64,000 nt of DNA from Burkholderiaceae bacterium (GTDB lineage Bacteria > Pseudomonadota > Gammaproteobacteria > Burkholderiales > Burkholderiaceae_E), in NCBI GenBank assembly GCA_041676645.1, contig JBAYRO010000003.1:10888-74887 (forward strand), given 5' to 3'. The notes below the pieces were generated by a model. The model was not told where the DNA came from. It did not search any database and saw only the letters and a list, made by a program, of their open reading frames with translations. The position numbers and the translations under genes are program-made. Each line of letters starts with the position of its first letter. The stretch's first letter is position 1. This document shows positions 26,278 to 36,998 of this stretch, in pieces.

Positions 26278-27027
26278 ATGCGGATTCTGATCAGTAACGA
26301 TGACGGCTATTTCTCTCCCGGCATCGCCGCCCTTGCGGAAGTCGCCCAGGAGTTCGGAGAAGTCACCGTCGTTGCGCCCGAGCGCGATCGCAGCGGCGCT
26401 TCCAATTCCCTGACACTCGATCGGCCCCTGACGGTCCGCACCGCGTCCTCCGGTTTCCTGTACGTGAACGGCACGCCGACCGACTGCGTCCACGTCGCCA
26501 TCACCGGGCTGATCGGCGAACGCCCCGATCTCGTGCTTTCCGGGATCAACGACGGCGCCAACATGGGCGACGACACGATCTATTCGGGCACGGTCGCCGC
26601 GGCCACCGAGGGCTATCTGCTGGGGATCCCCGCGATCGCCTTCTCGCTCGCGGTCAAGGGCTACGAGCATCTCGAGACCGCGGCGCATGCGGCGCGCGAA
26701 GTCCTGACCCGCTATACGCGCAACCCGGCCACCGAACCGCTGCTCCTCAATGTCAATGTGCCCGGGGTGCCGCGCGCCCTCCTGCAGGGCCTGCGCACCA
26801 CGCGCCTGGGCAAGCGGCACATGGGCGAGTCGGTGGTCCGGGACCGCAGTCCGCGCGGCGACACGATCTACTGGATCGGTCCGGCCGGCGAGGCCCTCGA
26901 CAGCGGGCCGGGAACCGATTTCGGGGCGGTCGGCTCCGGCTGGGTGTCGATCACCCCGCTCGACATCGACCTGACCGCCCATCAGCGCTTGCCAGCGGTG
27001 CAGAATTGGCTCGATCGGACGATCTGA
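26278..27027 (+). CDS. surE: 5'/3'-nucleotidase SurE
   Basis: [19 protein letters not shown]...[13 protein letters not shown]...GTPTDCV...[22 protein letters not shown], the classic SurE signature. Confidence 0.93.
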   Translation: MRILISNDDGYFSPGIAALAEVAQEFGEVTVVAPERDRSGASNSLTLDRPLTVRTASSGFLYVNGTPTDCVHVAITGLIGERPDLVLSGINDGANMGDDTIYSGTVAAATEGYLLGIPAIAFSLAVKGYEHLETAAHAAREVLTRYTRNPATEPLLLNVNVPGVPRALLQGLRTTRLGKRHMGESVVRDRSPRGDTIYWIGPAGEALDSGPGTDFGAVGSGWVSITPLDIDLTAHQRLPAVQNWLDRTI

Positions 27028-27782
27028 CCCGCCGCCCGGCCGAGTACGGCCCCAAGGGCTGGACGCCGCCGTCGGCACGACCCATCCGGGCCGCCACGGT
27101 GGCGACACCGGTGCCGGCCACCGGCCTGGGGCTTGCCTCGGCCCGTGGTCGCGGGGCGATGGTGGACCAGCTCGCCCGGCTCGGTGTGCGCGATGGCGCG
27201 ACTTTGGCGGCGATGGCATCGGTGCCGCGCCACGCCTTCGTCGACCAGGGTCTTGCGAGCCGTGCCTATGACGACGTCTCGCTGCCGATCGGCCTGGGGC
27301 AGACGATATCCCGTCCGAGCACCGTGGCCCGCATGGTCGAGCTTGCGCTCGAGCCGCTCGATGCGGGCGCTCGCGCTTCGGCGAAAGTGCTCGAGGTCGG
27401 CACCGGCTGCGGCTACCAGGCGGCGGTGCTCGCGCACATCGTGGGCGATGTGGTTTCGATCGAGCGCCTGCGCGGCCTGCACGAGGCTGCGCGCGCCAAC
27501 CTGCGCAGCCTGCGACTGGGCAACCTGCGTCTCGTCTATGGCGATGGTCGCCTCGGCGTGCCGCAGATGGCGCCCTACGATGCGATCATCGTTGCCGCCG
27601 CCGGCGACGAGGTTCCGCAGGCCCTGCTCGAGCAATTGCGCCCCGGCGCCCGACTGGTGGCTCCGGTCATCGAGGGCTCCCGCCAGACTCTCCATCTCGT
27701 CGAGCGTCGCGACGCCCAGAGCTGGCAGTTGCGGGTGCTCGATGCGGTACGATTCGTACCGTTGAAAGCCGGCACGGAATGA
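27006..27782 (+). CDS. pcm: Protein-L-isoaspartate O-methyltransferase
   Basis: [21 protein letters not shown] motif [26 protein letters not shown]-terminal extension as seen in some Betaproteobacteria. Overlaps the surE end by 22 nt. Confidence 0.87.
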   Translation: MARSDDLTRRPAEYGPKGWTPPSARPIRAATVATPVPATGLGLASARGRGAMVDQLARLGVRDGATLAAMASVPRHAFVDQGLASRAYDDVSLPIGLGQTISRPSTVARMVELALEPLDAGARASAKVLEVGTGCGYQAAVLAHIVGDVVSIERLRGLHEAARANLRSLRLGNLRLVYGDGRLGVPQMAPYDAIIVAAAGDEVPQALLEQLRPGARLVAPVIEGSRQTLHLVERRDAQSWQLRVLDAVRFVPLKAGTE

Positions 27783-27811
27783 CAGTGGCCGGTTCGTTCG
27801 AGGTAGTTCCA

Positions 27812-28726
27812 ATGAAACGACGCCCCGACCCGCGAACACGCGCCGCCGATGGCATCGCGTCCGCGCCGTCCGCAAGGGGACGCGGCGCCCGCGCCGGACT
27901 GGTCCTGATCGCCATGATCCTCGCCGCGTGCGCCGGCCCCAGGGCGCCGGCGCCGATCACTCATCGCGCGCCCATGCCGGTTCCGCCTCCCGCGCCGGCG
28001 CAGGTCGCCGTGATTCCGCCGGCAACCGAAGCGGCCGGCGCCGGCCAGGGCCTCGTGCCCGGCGAGCAGGCGGCGGCGAGCGGTGTCGAGGCAGCGCCCA
28101 TCATGGCGGGTCGTGTCGAAACCCGGCCACTGGGCGGCTCGCTGCCCTTGCCGCCGGCGGCGACCGAGGAGATTCGCCAGGAACCCAGCGGCCTGAAGCA
28201 TCCGTACAGCGACGAGACCTACGCAAGGCTCGCCGCGGTGCCGATGCAGGGCAAGCGGCCGATCGAGAACCTCGCCTCGGCAAGCCCGTCGGCTGCGGCC
28301 CCGGCGTCCGCTGCAGCGACCCCCGCGCCCGCCGCGGCGGCGCCCGCCACCATGGTCGACACGGGCAAGTTCGCCTGGCCGGTGAAGGGACGACTGATCC
28401 AGCGCTTCACCGATCCCGCCAGCATGGGGATCGCGATCGAAGCCGCCCAGGGCTCCGCGGTGCATGCAGCCGAAGCCGGCCGCGTGATCTTCAGCGGACC
28501 CGGGCCGCGAGGCTACGGCAACCTCGTCATCGTCAAGCATCCGGACGAACTGCTGTCGGTCTATGCGCACAACAGCAGGATCCTCGTCAAGGAAGGGCAG
28601 AACGTCACCCGGGGGCAGAAGATCGCCGAGGTCGGCGCAAGCGGCACGAGTAGCGCCCGTCTCGGCTTCGAGGTTCGTCGCGACGGCAAGCCGATCGATC
28701 CCCTCGGCTTCCTCGCCGGGGGCTGA
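27812..28726 (+). CDS. nlpD: NlpD-like lipoprotein with degenerate LytM (M23) domain
   Basis: Lipobox LAAC after MKRRPDPR...LVLIAMI, Ala/Pro-rich linker, C-terminal M23-like domain (FAWPVKGRLIQRF...GYGNLVIVKH...YAHNS...GFEVRRDGKPIDP). surE-pcm-nlpD synteny. Confidence 0.8.
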   Translation: MKRRPDPRTRAADGIASAPSARGRGARAGLVLIAMILAACAGPRAPAPITHRAPMPVPPPAPAQVAVIPPATEAAGAGQGLVPGEQAAASGVEAAPIMAGRVETRPLGGSLPLPPAATEEIRQEPSGLKHPYSDETYARLAAVPMQGKRPIENLASASPSAAAPASAAATPAPAAAAPATMVDTGKFAWPVKGRLIQRFTDPASMGIAIEAAQGSAVHAAEAGRVIFSGPGPRGYGNLVIVKHPDELLSVYAHNSRILVKEGQNVTRGQKIAEVGASGTSSARLGFEVRRDGKPIDPLGFLAGG

Positions 28727-28760
28727 AGTGCGCCGGCGATCCCCGCTCGCGCCCTGAGCC

Positions 28761-29525
28761 ATGGCGGCCCCGGTCCTCGTCTTCGACATCGAGACGGTTC
28801 CCGATGTCGCCGGCCTGCGCCTGCTGAACGACATCGGGCCCGAAGTCCCCGACGCCACGGTCGTCGAGCTCAGCGAGCGTGAGTTCCAGCCCCTGCACCT
28901 GCATCGCGTGGTGGCGATCGGCTGCCTGATGCGCACGGCCGGGAAGTTCCGGGTGCGCTGCCTCGGGAATCCCGGTGACGACGAAGCCAGCCTGCTGCAG
29001 GAGTTCTTCGGCATCATCGACAAGAGCACGCCGCAACTGGTGTCCTGGAACGGCGGCGGCTTCGACCTGCAGGTGCTGCACTATCGGGCGCTCGTCCACG
29101 GCGTGAGCGGCGCATCGCGCTACTGGGAAACCGGCGACAACCGCCAGGAGTTTCGCTGGAACAACTATCTCGGGCGCTACCACAGCCGCCATCTCGACCT
29201 GATGGACCTGCTCGCCCTGTACTCGCCGCGCGCCAGTGCACGCCTCGATGATCTCGCTCGTCTCTGCGGCTTTCCGGGCAAGCTCGGCATGGATGGCTCC
29301 CAGGTCTGGGCCGCGTACCAGGAGGGCCGGCTCGCCGAGATCCGCGACTACTGCGAGACCGACATCGCCAACACCTATCTCGTCTACTGCCGCTTCCAGC
29401 TCTTTCGGGGGCTCTGGACGCCCGACGAATACGAGGCCGAGATCGCGGCTTTCCGTGCCCACCTCGAATCGCTCGGCGGAGCGCACTGGCCGCAATTCCT
29501 CTCCCGCTGGCAGGCGGCGCGATGA
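28761..29525 (+). CDS. Stand-alone 3'-5' exonuclease related to the PolB exonuclease domain (COG3298-like)
   Basis: DEDDy-type motifs [34 protein letters not shown]. Its stop overlaps the rlmD start (ATGA). Confidence 0.7.
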   Translation: MAAPVLVFDIETVPDVAGLRLLNDIGPEVPDATVVELSEREFQPLHLHRVVAIGCLMRTAGKFRVRCLGNPGDDEASLLQEFFGIIDKSTPQLVSWNGGGFDLQVLHYRALVHGVSGASRYWETGDNRQEFRWNNYLGRYHSRHLDLMDLLALYSPRASARLDDLARLCGFPGKLGMDGSQVWAAYQEGRLAEIRDYCETDIANTYLVYCRFQLFRGLWTPDEYEAEIAAFRAHLESLGGAHWPQFLSRWQAAR

Positions 29526-30895
29526 GCCGCTCGCGGGCGGTCGCCGCGGCCGGGCCCGAGTACCTCCTCGACATCGAATCGCTTGATCTCGAGGCGCGTG
29601 GCATCGCCCGCCACGAGGGCAAGGTGGTGTTCGTGCGCGGTGCGCTGCCGGGCGAACGCGTCATCGCCCGCCGGGTGCGCAACAAGCCCAGCTACGATGT
29701 GGCCGAAGCGATCTCGATCGAGCGCGGGAGCAGCCAGCGGACGGTGCCCGCCTGTCCCCACTTCGGCACCTGCGGCGGCTGCTCGATGCAGCACCTGCAT
29801 CCGGCCGCCCAGCTCGCCATCAAGCAGCGGGTGCTCGAGGACCAGCTCGAGCGCATCGCCGGTCTGCGCCCGGGCATGGTCCTGCGTCCGATCGCGGGGC
29901 CAGCCTGGGGATACCGCTTCCGCGCCCGCCTGTCGGTACGCCATGTGCCGAAGAAGGGCGGGGTGCTGGTGGGCTTCCATGAACGGGGTTCGAGCTATGT
30001 CGCCGACATGCGCGAATGCCATGTCCTGCCGCCGGATGTCTCCGGGCTGCTGCTGCCCCTGCGCGCGCTGGTCGGCGGATTGTCGATCCACGACCGGATG
30101 CCGCAGATCGAGGTGGCGATCGGTGATACGGGAGGGCCCGCCGGCAGGACGATCGCCCTCGTGTTCCGGATCCTGGAGTCGCTCACCCCGGCCGACCGCG
30201 AGAGCCTGCGCGAGTTCAGCGCCCGGCCGGGCCTGGAAATCTGGCTGCAACCGAAGGGGCCCGACAGCATCTCGCTGTTCGCCCGCGAAGGCCGCCTCGC
30301 GGCATCGGATACGGAATCCGGCCTGGCCTACCGCCTGCCGGAGTTCGACATCCGGATGCCTTTCCGGCCGACCGACTTCACCCAGGTGAACCACGGGATC
30401 AACGAGGTGCTGGTGCGCATGGCGCTGCGGCTCCTGGATCCGGCGCCGGGGGATCGTGTGGCCGATCTCTTCTGCGGGCTCGGCAACTTCTCCCTGCCGC
30501 TGGCGCGTCGTGCCCGCGAGGTCATCGGCATCGAGGGCAGTGCGTCACTGGTCCGGCGCGCCACCGACAATGCCCTGGCCAACGGCCTGGCGGAGCGCGC
30601 CCGCTTCGCAGTGGCGAACCTTTTCGAGCTGGATCCGCAAGCCTGGCACGACCTGGGCGCTTTCGACCGGGTCCTGGTGGATCCGCCTCGCGAGGGGGCG
30701 CTGGCGGTAGCGCAGGCTCTGGCGGCGGCGGGTCCCCGGCCGCGCCGGATCGTCTATGTCTCGTGCAATCCGGCGACGCTTGCCCGGGATGCCGCCGTGC
30801 TGGTGCATACGGGCGGCTGGCGCCTGTCGGCCGCCGGCGCGGTCAACATGTTCCCGCACACCTCCCACGTCGAATCGATCGCGGTATTCGACTGA
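29522..30895 (+). CDS. rlmD: 23S rRNA (uracil1939-C5)-methyltransferase RlmD
   Basis: N-terminal TRAM-like region, Fe-S cysteines ([14 protein letters not shown]), SAM motifs [14 protein letters not shown] and [21 protein letters not shown]. Confidence 0.88.
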   Translation: MSRSRAVAAAGPEYLLDIESLDLEARGIARHEGKVVFVRGALPGERVIARRVRNKPSYDVAEAISIERGSSQRTVPACPHFGTCGGCSMQHLHPAAQLAIKQRVLEDQLERIAGLRPGMVLRPIAGPAWGYRFRARLSVRHVPKKGGVLVGFHERGSSYVADMRECHVLPPDVSGLLLPLRALVGGLSIHDRMPQIEVAIGDTGGPAGRTIALVFRILESLTPADRESLREFSARPGLEIWLQPKGPDSISLFAREGRLAASDTESGLAYRLPEFDIRMPFRPTDFTQVNHGINEVLVRMALRLLDPAPGDRVADLFCGLGNFSLPLARRAREVIGIEGSASLVRRATDNALANGLAERARFAVANLFELDPQAWHDLGAFDRVLVDPPREGALAVAQALAAAGPRPRRIVYVSCNPATLARDAAVLVHTGGWRLSAAGAVNMFPHTSHVESIAVFD

Positions 30896-30924
30896 AGCGG
30901 AGGAAAAAGACGAAAAAGAAAAAT

Positions 30925-30963
30925 GGGGTCAGACACCATTACGAAGTAATGGTGTCTGACCCC
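30925..30963. terminator. Bidirectional intrinsic terminator between convergent rlmD and the BI-1 gene
   Basis: Perfect 18-bp stem GGGGTCAGACACCATTAC / GTAATGGTGTCTGACCCC with loop GAA. A-rich tract upstream and T-rich tract downstream. Confidence 0.85.
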
Positions 30964-30993
30964 ACTTTTCACCATTTTTCACTCCATTTTCTC

Positions 30994-31698
30994 CTACTCG
31001 TCGCCGCCGAAGATGCCGAGCAGGCTCAGCAGGTGGGCGAAGATGTTGTACAGGCTCAGGTAGATCGACAGGGTGGCGGTGATGTAGTTGGTTTCGCCAC
31101 CGTTGATGATGCGCTGGACATCGTAGAGCAGCCAGGCCGAGAAGATGCCGATCGCCATCACCGACAGCGCCAGGTAGAGCGCCGGCAGTTGCAGCCAGAT
31201 ATTGGCGACCATGCCGAGGATGATGACGAGCAGGCCCATGAACAGCCAGCGTCCCATGCCCGAGAAGTCGCGCTTCGATACCGACGCCACGGTGGCCATG
31301 GTGCCGAAGATGGCGGCGGTGCCCCCGAAGGCGGTCATGATGAGCGTGGCGCCATTGGCGAAGCCCAGGACATGCCCGAGCAGGCGCGAGAGCATCAGCC
31401 CCATGAAGAACGTGAAACCGAGCAGCAAGGCCACGCCGATCCCGCTGTTCTTGTTGCGTTCGATCGCGTAGAAGAAGCCGAAGGCGATGGCGAGGAAAAG
31501 CACCAGGCCGATGAAGGGGTTGCCGGCCATCCAGCTGAAGCCGAGCTGCAGGCCGGTCCAGGCGCCGATCGCCGTCGGTACCAGCGACACGGCGAGCAGG
31601 GCGTAGGTGTTGCGCAGGACCCGGTTGCGCGAGGCGGCCGCGAGAGCGCCTCCAGCCGGAAAGCCGCGCGGTGCGCTGCGGTTCTGTTCGAGAGCCAT
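30994..31698 (-). CDS. Bax inhibitor-1/YccA-family membrane protein
   Basis: Seven-TM protein with NTYALLAVSL...FFYAIERNKNSGIG...IYLSLYNIFAHLLSLLGIFGGDE, typical of the BI-1/YccA family. Start at MALEQNRS. Confidence 0.85.
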   Translation of the reverse strand: MALEQNRSAPRGFPAGGALAAASRNRVLRNTYALLAVSLVPTAIGAWTGLQLGFSWMAGNPFIGLVLFLAIAFGFFYAIERNKNSGIGVALLLGFTFFMGLMLSRLLGHVLGFANGATLIMTAFGGTAAIFGTMATVASVSKRDFSGMGRWLFMGLLVIILGMVANIWLQLPALYLALSVMAIGIFSAWLLYDVQRIINGGETNYITATLSIYLSLYNIFAHLLSLLGIFGGDE

Positions 31699-31824
31699 CA
31701 GTGCCACTCCATTATGGAAATACTGCGTCCAATATAGGGCCATGATCGGGTGGTTTCAAGCTCGGGCAGCCTGTCGGCGCCATGAATCGCACGAATTCGC
31801 GAGAGATCGATGTCGAAACTCGTA

Positions 31825-31833
31825 TGCTAGAAT
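31825..31833 (+). promoter_or_regulatory. Extended -10 promoter-like element TGCTAGAAT upstream of ndk
   Basis: TGnTAGAAT read directly in an AT-richer intergenic island. No upstream + strand gene. Confidence 0.35.
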
Positions 31834-31854
31834 AACGGGCTGTACGTCACTTTA

Positions 31855-31892
31855 GAGAAACCTCGTAAGCCACTCATTTGTCGAGGTTTTTT
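31855..31892 (+). terminator. Intrinsic-terminator-like hairpin plus T-run 55 nt upstream of the ndk start
   Basis: AAACCTCG (31858-31865) pairs with CGAGGTTT (31882-31889); extendable with G-U pairs. 16-nt loop, then a run of six T (31887-31892). Confidence 0.5.
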
Positions 31893-31947
31893 GCGGTGCG
31901 CCCCTCTCAGAAGCCCTATCAGACGAACCGACCAGTCACGGATTCCC

Positions 31948-32373
31948 ATGGCAATCGAACGTACCTTGTCCATCATCAAGCCCGATGCCGTTGCAAAGAA
32001 CGTCATCGGCCAGATCTACGCCCGTTTCGAACAGGCCGGCCTGCGGATCGCAGCGGCCCGCATGATGCACCTGTCGCGCGCCCAGGCCGAAGCCTTCTAC
32101 GGTGTCCATCGCGAGCGGCCCTTCTTCAACGACCTGGTCGAATTCATGATCTCCGGGCCGGTCATGGTCCAGGTCCTCGAAGGCGAATCGGCGATCAGCA
32201 GGAATCGCGAGCTGATGGGCGCGACCGACCCGAAGAAGGCCGATGCCGGCACGATCCGCGCCGATTTCGCCGACAGCATCGATGCCAACGCCGTCCATGG
32301 CTCGGATGCCGCCGACACCGCGCAGGTCGAGGTCGCGTTCTTCTTCCCGGGCATGGACGTCCACGCCCGCTGA
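31948..32373 (+). CDS. ndk: Nucleoside-diphosphate kinase
   Basis: [21 protein letters not shown]...GTIRADFA...NAVHGSD (active-site His). Confidence 0.96.
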   Translation: MAIERTLSIIKPDAVAKNVIGQIYARFEQAGLRIAAARMMHLSRAQAEAFYGVHRERPFFNDLVEFMISGPVMVQVLEGESAISRNRELMGATDPKKADAGTIRADFADSIDANAVHGSDAADTAQVEVAFFFPGMDVHAR

Positions 32374-32393
32374 TTCGGGAAGACGAGGCGAGG

Positions 32394-33524
32394 GTGACCG
32401 CAGCCGTGGCCACGAAGACCAACCTGCTCGGCCTCGATCCGCAGGCACTGGTCTCGTGTTGCGCCGAGTGGGGCGAGAAACCCTTCAGGGCGCAGCAGCT
32501 GTTGCGCTGGATCCACCAGCGCGGCGAGGACGACTTCGGCGCCATGAGCGATCTCGCGAAGTCGTTTCGCGCCCTGCTCGCCGAGCGTGCCTGCGTGGAG
32601 CAGCCCACGGTCCTCTCCGATCATGTCTCCGATGACGGCACCCGCAAGTGGCTGTTCGACGTCGGGGGCGGCAATGCCATCGAGACCGTCTTCATCCCCG
32701 AGTCCGACCGGGGAACGCTGTGCGTCTCGAGCCAGGCCGGCTGCGCGGTCAACTGCGCGTTCTGTTCGACGGGAAAGCAGGGCTTTTCACGTAACCTGCG
32801 CATCGACGAGATCATCGCGCAGCTGCGCCATGCCAACCGCGCCCTCGGCCAGTACGACGATGGCTCGACGGTTGCCGGCCATCGCCGGATCACCAACGTG
32901 GTGTTCATGGGCATGGGCGAGCCGCTGCAGAACTATGCCGCGACCATCGCCGCCGCCCGGCTGATGCTCGACGACCGCGCCTATGGCCTGTCCCGTCGCC
33001 GGGTGACGGTCTCGACTTCCGGCGTGGTGCCCTTCATGGATCGCCTGCGCGATGAATGCCCGGTCGCGCTGGCGGTGTCGCTGCATGCGCCCGACGATGC
33101 CTTGCGCGATCGGCTGGTGCCGCTCAATCGCAAGTACCCGCTGGCCGAGCTGATGGCGGCCTGCCGGCGCTACCTCGAGCGCTCGCCGCGTGATTTCATC
33201 ACCTTCGAGTACGTGATGCTCGACGGCGTCAATGATTCCGATGCCCATGCCCGGGCCCTGCTCGAACTCGTCGCCGGGCTGCCCTGCAAGTTCAACCTGA
33301 TTCCCTTCAATTCCTTTCCGGATTCCGGCCTGCGGCGTTCGGGCCGGGAGCGCATCCGGTCCTTCGCCGGCATCCTGGCCGATGCCGGCATCGTCACCAC
33401 GGTGCGGCGCACTCGCGGGGACGACATCGACGCGGCTTGCGGGCAACTGGCCGGTGCGGTGCGCGACCGGACCCGCCTGGCCGAACGCTCGGCGAGGATC
33501 CTGCCGATCGCGGAGTTGCGCTGA
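32394..33524 (+). CDS. rlmN: 23S rRNA/tRNA (adenine-C2)-methyltransferase RlmN (radical SAM)
   Basis: GTG start. [14 protein letters not shown], radical-SAM cluster [28 protein letters not shown]-like VSLHAPDD. Confidence 0.9.
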   Translation: MTAAVATKTNLLGLDPQALVSCCAEWGEKPFRAQQLLRWIHQRGEDDFGAMSDLAKSFRALLAERACVEQPTVLSDHVSDDGTRKWLFDVGGGNAIETVFIPESDRGTLCVSSQAGCAVNCAFCSTGKQGFSRNLRIDEIIAQLRHANRALGQYDDGSTVAGHRRITNVVFMGMGEPLQNYAATIAAARLMLDDRAYGLSRRRVTVSTSGVVPFMDRLRDECPVALAVSLHAPDDALRDRLVPLNRKYPLAELMAACRRYLERSPRDFITFEYVMLDGVNDSDAHARALLELVAGLPCKFNLIPFNSFPDSGLRRSGRERIRSFAGILADAGIVTTVRRTRGDDIDAACGQLAGAVRDRTRLAERSARILPIAELR

Positions 33525-34375
33525 TGCACGGAGTCATCCCGATGGTCGAAAAGCGCCGCGGCCCGAAGCGGCCGGCCTGGCGTCTCGCGCTGGCGGCCGG
33601 TCTCATGGCCGGACTTGTCGGTTGTGCGACGACCGGTGGCGAAAGCACCGGCAGCATGGTCGACGCCCGTTCGGTGGTTCCGGCGGCCGAGGTCGACACC
33701 GATGAGCGCCGCCGGGCCCGCATCCGGCTCGAGCTCGCCGCCGGCTACTACCAGCAGCGCAATTACTCGGTGGCGCTCGACGAGCTGCGCCAGGCACTGA
33801 CGATCGATCCCGACTATGCCGCCGCCTACGGGATGCTCGGCCTGGTCTACATGGATCTCAAGGAGACCGAGCTCGCCGACCAGAGCTTCCGCAAGGCCCT
33901 GAACCTGATGCCGGCCAATGCCGAGCTGAACAACAACTACGGCTGGTTCCTGTGCCGCAGCGGCCGCCAGCTCGAGTCCCTGCCGTATTTCGAGAAGGCC
34001 GCGGCCGATCCGCTCTACCAGACGCCGGCCCGGCCCCTGTATGCCGCCGGCATCTGCATGCGCCAGGTGCAGGACGAGGAAAAGGCGCTTGCCTACCTGC
34101 ATCGCGCCTTCCAGGTCGAACCGGGCAATGCCGTGACCCTCTACAACCTGGCGGACATCTACCTGGTGCGCAAGGACGCCGATCGGGCCCATTTCTATTC
34201 GCAGCGCCTGCTCCGGTCCTACCAGCCGACCGCGCAGACACTCTGGCAGGGATTGCGGGTGGCCCGCCTGCGCGACGATTCCATCGAGTTCGAAAGCCTC
34301 GCCTCGCAGCTGCGCCGAGGCTTCCCGGCCTCACCGGAGGCGAGCCTGCTCGCCGAGGAAAGATTCGGTGACTGA
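33524..34375 (+). CDS. pilF: Type IV pilus biogenesis/stability TPR lipoprotein (PilF in Pseudomonas naming, PilW in Neisseria naming)
   Basis: Lipobox LVGC, TPR repeats (YYQQRNYSVALDELRQALTIDPDYAAAYGMLGLVY...). Conserved position between rlmN and rodZ. Confidence 0.8.
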   Translation: MHGVIPMVEKRRGPKRPAWRLALAAGLMAGLVGCATTGGESTGSMVDARSVVPAAEVDTDERRRARIRLELAAGYYQQRNYSVALDELRQALTIDPDYAAAYGMLGLVYMDLKETELADQSFRKALNLMPANAELNNNYGWFLCRSGRQLESLPYFEKAAADPLYQTPARPLYAAGICMRQVQDEEKALAYLHRAFQVEPGNAVTLYNLADIYLVRKDADRAHFYSQRLLRSYQPTAQTLWQGLRVARLRDDSIEFESLASQLRRGFPASPEASLLAEERFGD

Positions 34376-35663
34376 CAAGAGCCTGGAGCGTAGCGAGCCG
34401 ATCCTGGCTTCCGTGAAGCCGGACATGCAGCCGGCCGATACGGCGCCGGACGACGCACGGGAACGGGTCGACGATTCGATCGAGACGCCGCTCGAGGACG
34501 GCCTCATCGCGACGCCGGCGCAGTTCAGCCGCGTCCGTGAAGACAAGGGCTGGTCGCTCGGCGAGGTCGCGGGTCGGCTGCGCATGCAGCAGCGCCAGAT
34601 CGAGGCGATCGAAGCCGGCCGCTGGGAAGATCTCCCGGGAACCGCCTTCGTGAGGGCGGCCATCCGCTCCTACGCCCGCCTGCTCGATCGCGATGCGGCG
34701 CCGCTGCTGGCGTCGGTGGCCCAGCTCGATACCGGCCTGGACCTGCGCTCGACCCACCGCCCGCCGGTGGCGATCTCCCCGACCGGCTCCATTGGCGAGG
34801 CCTCCGGCATCGGCCGCTGGGGGCTGGCCTTGCTGGGCCTGCTCGCGGTCATCGCCATCGCCTTCTATTTCGCGCCCGCCACCGACCTGCGCTGGCCTTC
34901 GCAGTGGTTCGACGGCGAGGGCGACACCATGGAAAGCGCTTCGACGATCGCGACGAGTCCTGCGCCCGTCGATGCCGGGCCGGCGCCGGCCCGAAGCCTG
35001 CCGGCTCCGACGGCCAGCCCCAGCGACGATGCCGTTGCCGCGGCGGCGCGCGCCGCGAACGAGCTGCTTGCCGGCGAACCGGGCGCGGACCTGGCCACGC
35101 CCGACACCACGGCGGCTACGGCCCCGGGCGACGCCTCGCCCGATTCCCCGGCGCAGCCGCGGCCCGGGGATTCGCAGGCCGAGGCATCGCCAGCCGCGGT
35201 ATCGTCCGCCATGGCGGGCGGCGCCGAATCGGGTATGGCGGGCGAGGCCGGCGCCACGGCTGCGCCTGAAGCCGAGGCGCCGGGCAGCGCGCCGGCCGCG
35301 GTCGCGGGCGCGACCGAGTCGGCGCCACCCGCGCTCGACGCCGGATCGACCGACTCCGGGGCAGCCCCCGGCGCCATGGCGACAGCCTCGATGGATACGA
35401 CGGATACGACGGCCCCGGCGCTTGCCGCCTCGAGCCTGGTGATGAACTTCGATGGCGAATGCTGGGTCGAGGTCACCGACGCCGCCGGCAAGCGCCTCGT
35501 CTACGGACTGCAGAAGCCGCAGACCAGCCTGTCGCTCGACGTGCCCGGGCCGGTGTCGGTGCTGATCGGCAATGCGGACGCGGTCACCCTGACTCGCGGT
35601 GGCGAGTCGGTCGATGTGACGTCGGCGGCCCGTGACGGGGTCGCCAGGTTGCGCCTGGAGTGA
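34368..35663 (+). CDS. rodZ: RodZ-like cytoskeleton protein (HTH, TM, low-complexity linker, DUF4115)
   Basis: [66 protein letters not shown], Ala/Pro/Asp-rich linker. C terminus [19 protein letters not shown]...[14 protein letters not shown]. Confidence 0.78.
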   Translation: MTDKSLERSEPILASVKPDMQPADTAPDDARERVDDSIETPLEDGLIATPAQFSRVREDKGWSLGEVAGRLRMQQRQIEAIEAGRWEDLPGTAFVRAAIRSYARLLDRDAAPLLASVAQLDTGLDLRSTHRPPVAISPTGSIGEASGIGRWGLALLGLLAVIAIAFYFAPATDLRWPSQWFDGEGDTMESASTIATSPAPVDAGPAPARSLPAPTASPSDDAVAAAARAANELLAGEPGADLATPDTTAATAPGDASPDSPAQPRPGDSQAEASPAAVSSAMAGGAESGMAGEAGATAAPEAEAPGSAPAAVAGATESAPPALDAGSTDSGAAPGAMATASMDTTDTTAPALAASSLVMNFDGECWVEVTDAAGKRLVYGLQKPQTSLSLDVPGPVSVLIGNADAVTLTRGGESVDVTSAARDGVARLRLE

Positions 35664-36943
35664 ACATGTCGACGACCCCTTCGCCAGCCCCCTTCGGTGT
35701 CGGCATCCGTCGCGCCTCGCGCCGGGCGATCGTGCGCTGGGGCGAGCGCCGGGTTGCGGTCGGCGGCGAAGCCCCGGTCGTGGTCCAGTCCATGACCAAT
35801 ACCGATACGGCGGACGCGATCGCGACCGCGATCCAGGTCAAGGCCCTCGCGCAGGCCGGCTCGGAACTGGTCCGCATCACCGTGAACTCGCCCGATGCGG
35901 CCGAGGCCGTGCCGGCGGTGCGCGAGCAGCTGGACCGGATGGGCGTCGATGTTCCCCTGGTGGGCGACTTCCACTACAACGGCCACAAGCTGCTGACCGA
36001 ATTCCCCGATTGCGCGCGGGCCTTGTCCAAGTACCGGATCAATCCCGGCAACGTGGGCGCGGGCAGCCGCCGCGACGACAACTTCTCGAAGATGATCGAG
36101 GTTGCCTGTCGCCACGAGAAACCGGTGCGTATCGGCGTCAACTGGGGCAGCCTCGACCAGCGGGTGCTGGCGCGCATGATGGATGACAATGCGCAGCGCT
36201 CGCAGCCCTGGGACGCCGCCGAGGTGATGCGCGAGGCGCTGGTGGTCTCGGCTACCGAGAGCGCGGCCCAGGCGGTGGCGGTCGGGCTGTCGCCCGATGC
36301 CATCATCCTGTCCGCGAAGGTCTCCTCGGTGCAGGATCTCATCGCGGTGTATCGCGAGCTGGCCGGGCGCTGCGACTATCCCCTGCATCTCGGCCTCACC
36401 GAGGCGGGCATGGGGAGCAAGGGCATCGTGTCCTCGGCCGCCGCCATGGCGGTCCTGCTGCAGCAGGGCATCGGCGACACCATCCGGGTTTCGCTCACGC
36501 CGGAGCCGGGCGGCGACCGCACCCGCGAAGTCGTGGTGGCGCAGGAGCTGCTGCAATCGATGGGATTGCGCGCCTTCGCGCCGCTGGTCATCGCCTGCCC
36601 GGGTTGCGGGCGCACCAGCAGCACCTTCTTCCAGGAACTCGCCGACAGCATCCAGCGCTTCCTGCGCGACCAGATGCCGGTCTGGCGCAAGCGCTATCCC
36701 GGCGTCGAATCGATGCAGGTCGCGGTCATGGGTTGCGTGGTCAACGGACCCGGCGAAAGCCGCCACGCCGACATCGGCATCTCCCTGCCGGGCTCGGGCG
36801 AGGCGCCGGTCGCTCCGGTCTACATCGACGGCGAGCGCTCGGTCACGCTCAAGGGTGAGCGGATCGCCGAGGAATTCCAGGGCATCGTCGAGGACTACGT
36901 GGCGCGCCGCTATGGCGCACCGGATCGCACCCCGGCGCAATGA
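35660..36943 (+). CDS. ispG: 4-hydroxy-3-methylbut-2-en-1-yl diphosphate synthase (flavodoxin)
   Basis: [46 protein letters not shown]. Confidence 0.94.
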   Translation: MNMSTTPSPAPFGVGIRRASRRAIVRWGERRVAVGGEAPVVVQSMTNTDTADAIATAIQVKALAQAGSELVRITVNSPDAAEAVPAVREQLDRMGVDVPLVGDFHYNGHKLLTEFPDCARALSKYRINPGNVGAGSRRDDNFSKMIEVACRHEKPVRIGVNWGSLDQRVLARMMDDNAQRSQPWDAAEVMREALVVSATESAAQAVAVGLSPDAIILSAKVSSVQDLIAVYRELAGRCDYPLHLGLTEAGMGSKGIVSSAAAMAVLLQQGIGDTIRVSLTPEPGGDRTREVVVAQELLQSMGLRAFAPLVIACPGCGRTSSTFFQELADSIQRFLRDQMPVWRKRYPGVESMQVAVMGCVVNGPGESRHADIGISLPGSGEAPVAPVYIDGERSVTLKGERIAEEFQGIVEDYVARRYGAPDRTPAQ

Positions 36944-36998
36944 ATCCGCGAACCCATCCGGCCCCCGGGGATGGGTCATCCCCGAGGGCGAGCAAGCC

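Noticed and set aside
31878-32393. N-terminal 172 codons of the 548-aa ORF 31878-33524
   Set aside because: This part overlaps ndk in another frame and translates to Arg/Pro-rich nonsense. The recognisable RlmN sequence begins at GTG 32394, just after the ndk stop.
34950-35420. Ala/Pro/Asp/Ser-rich low-complexity stretch inside rodZ as a separate gene or repeat array
   Set aside because: The reading frame is continuous between the RodZ TM segment and the conserved C-terminal DUF4115-like domain. Such linkers are typical of RodZ.
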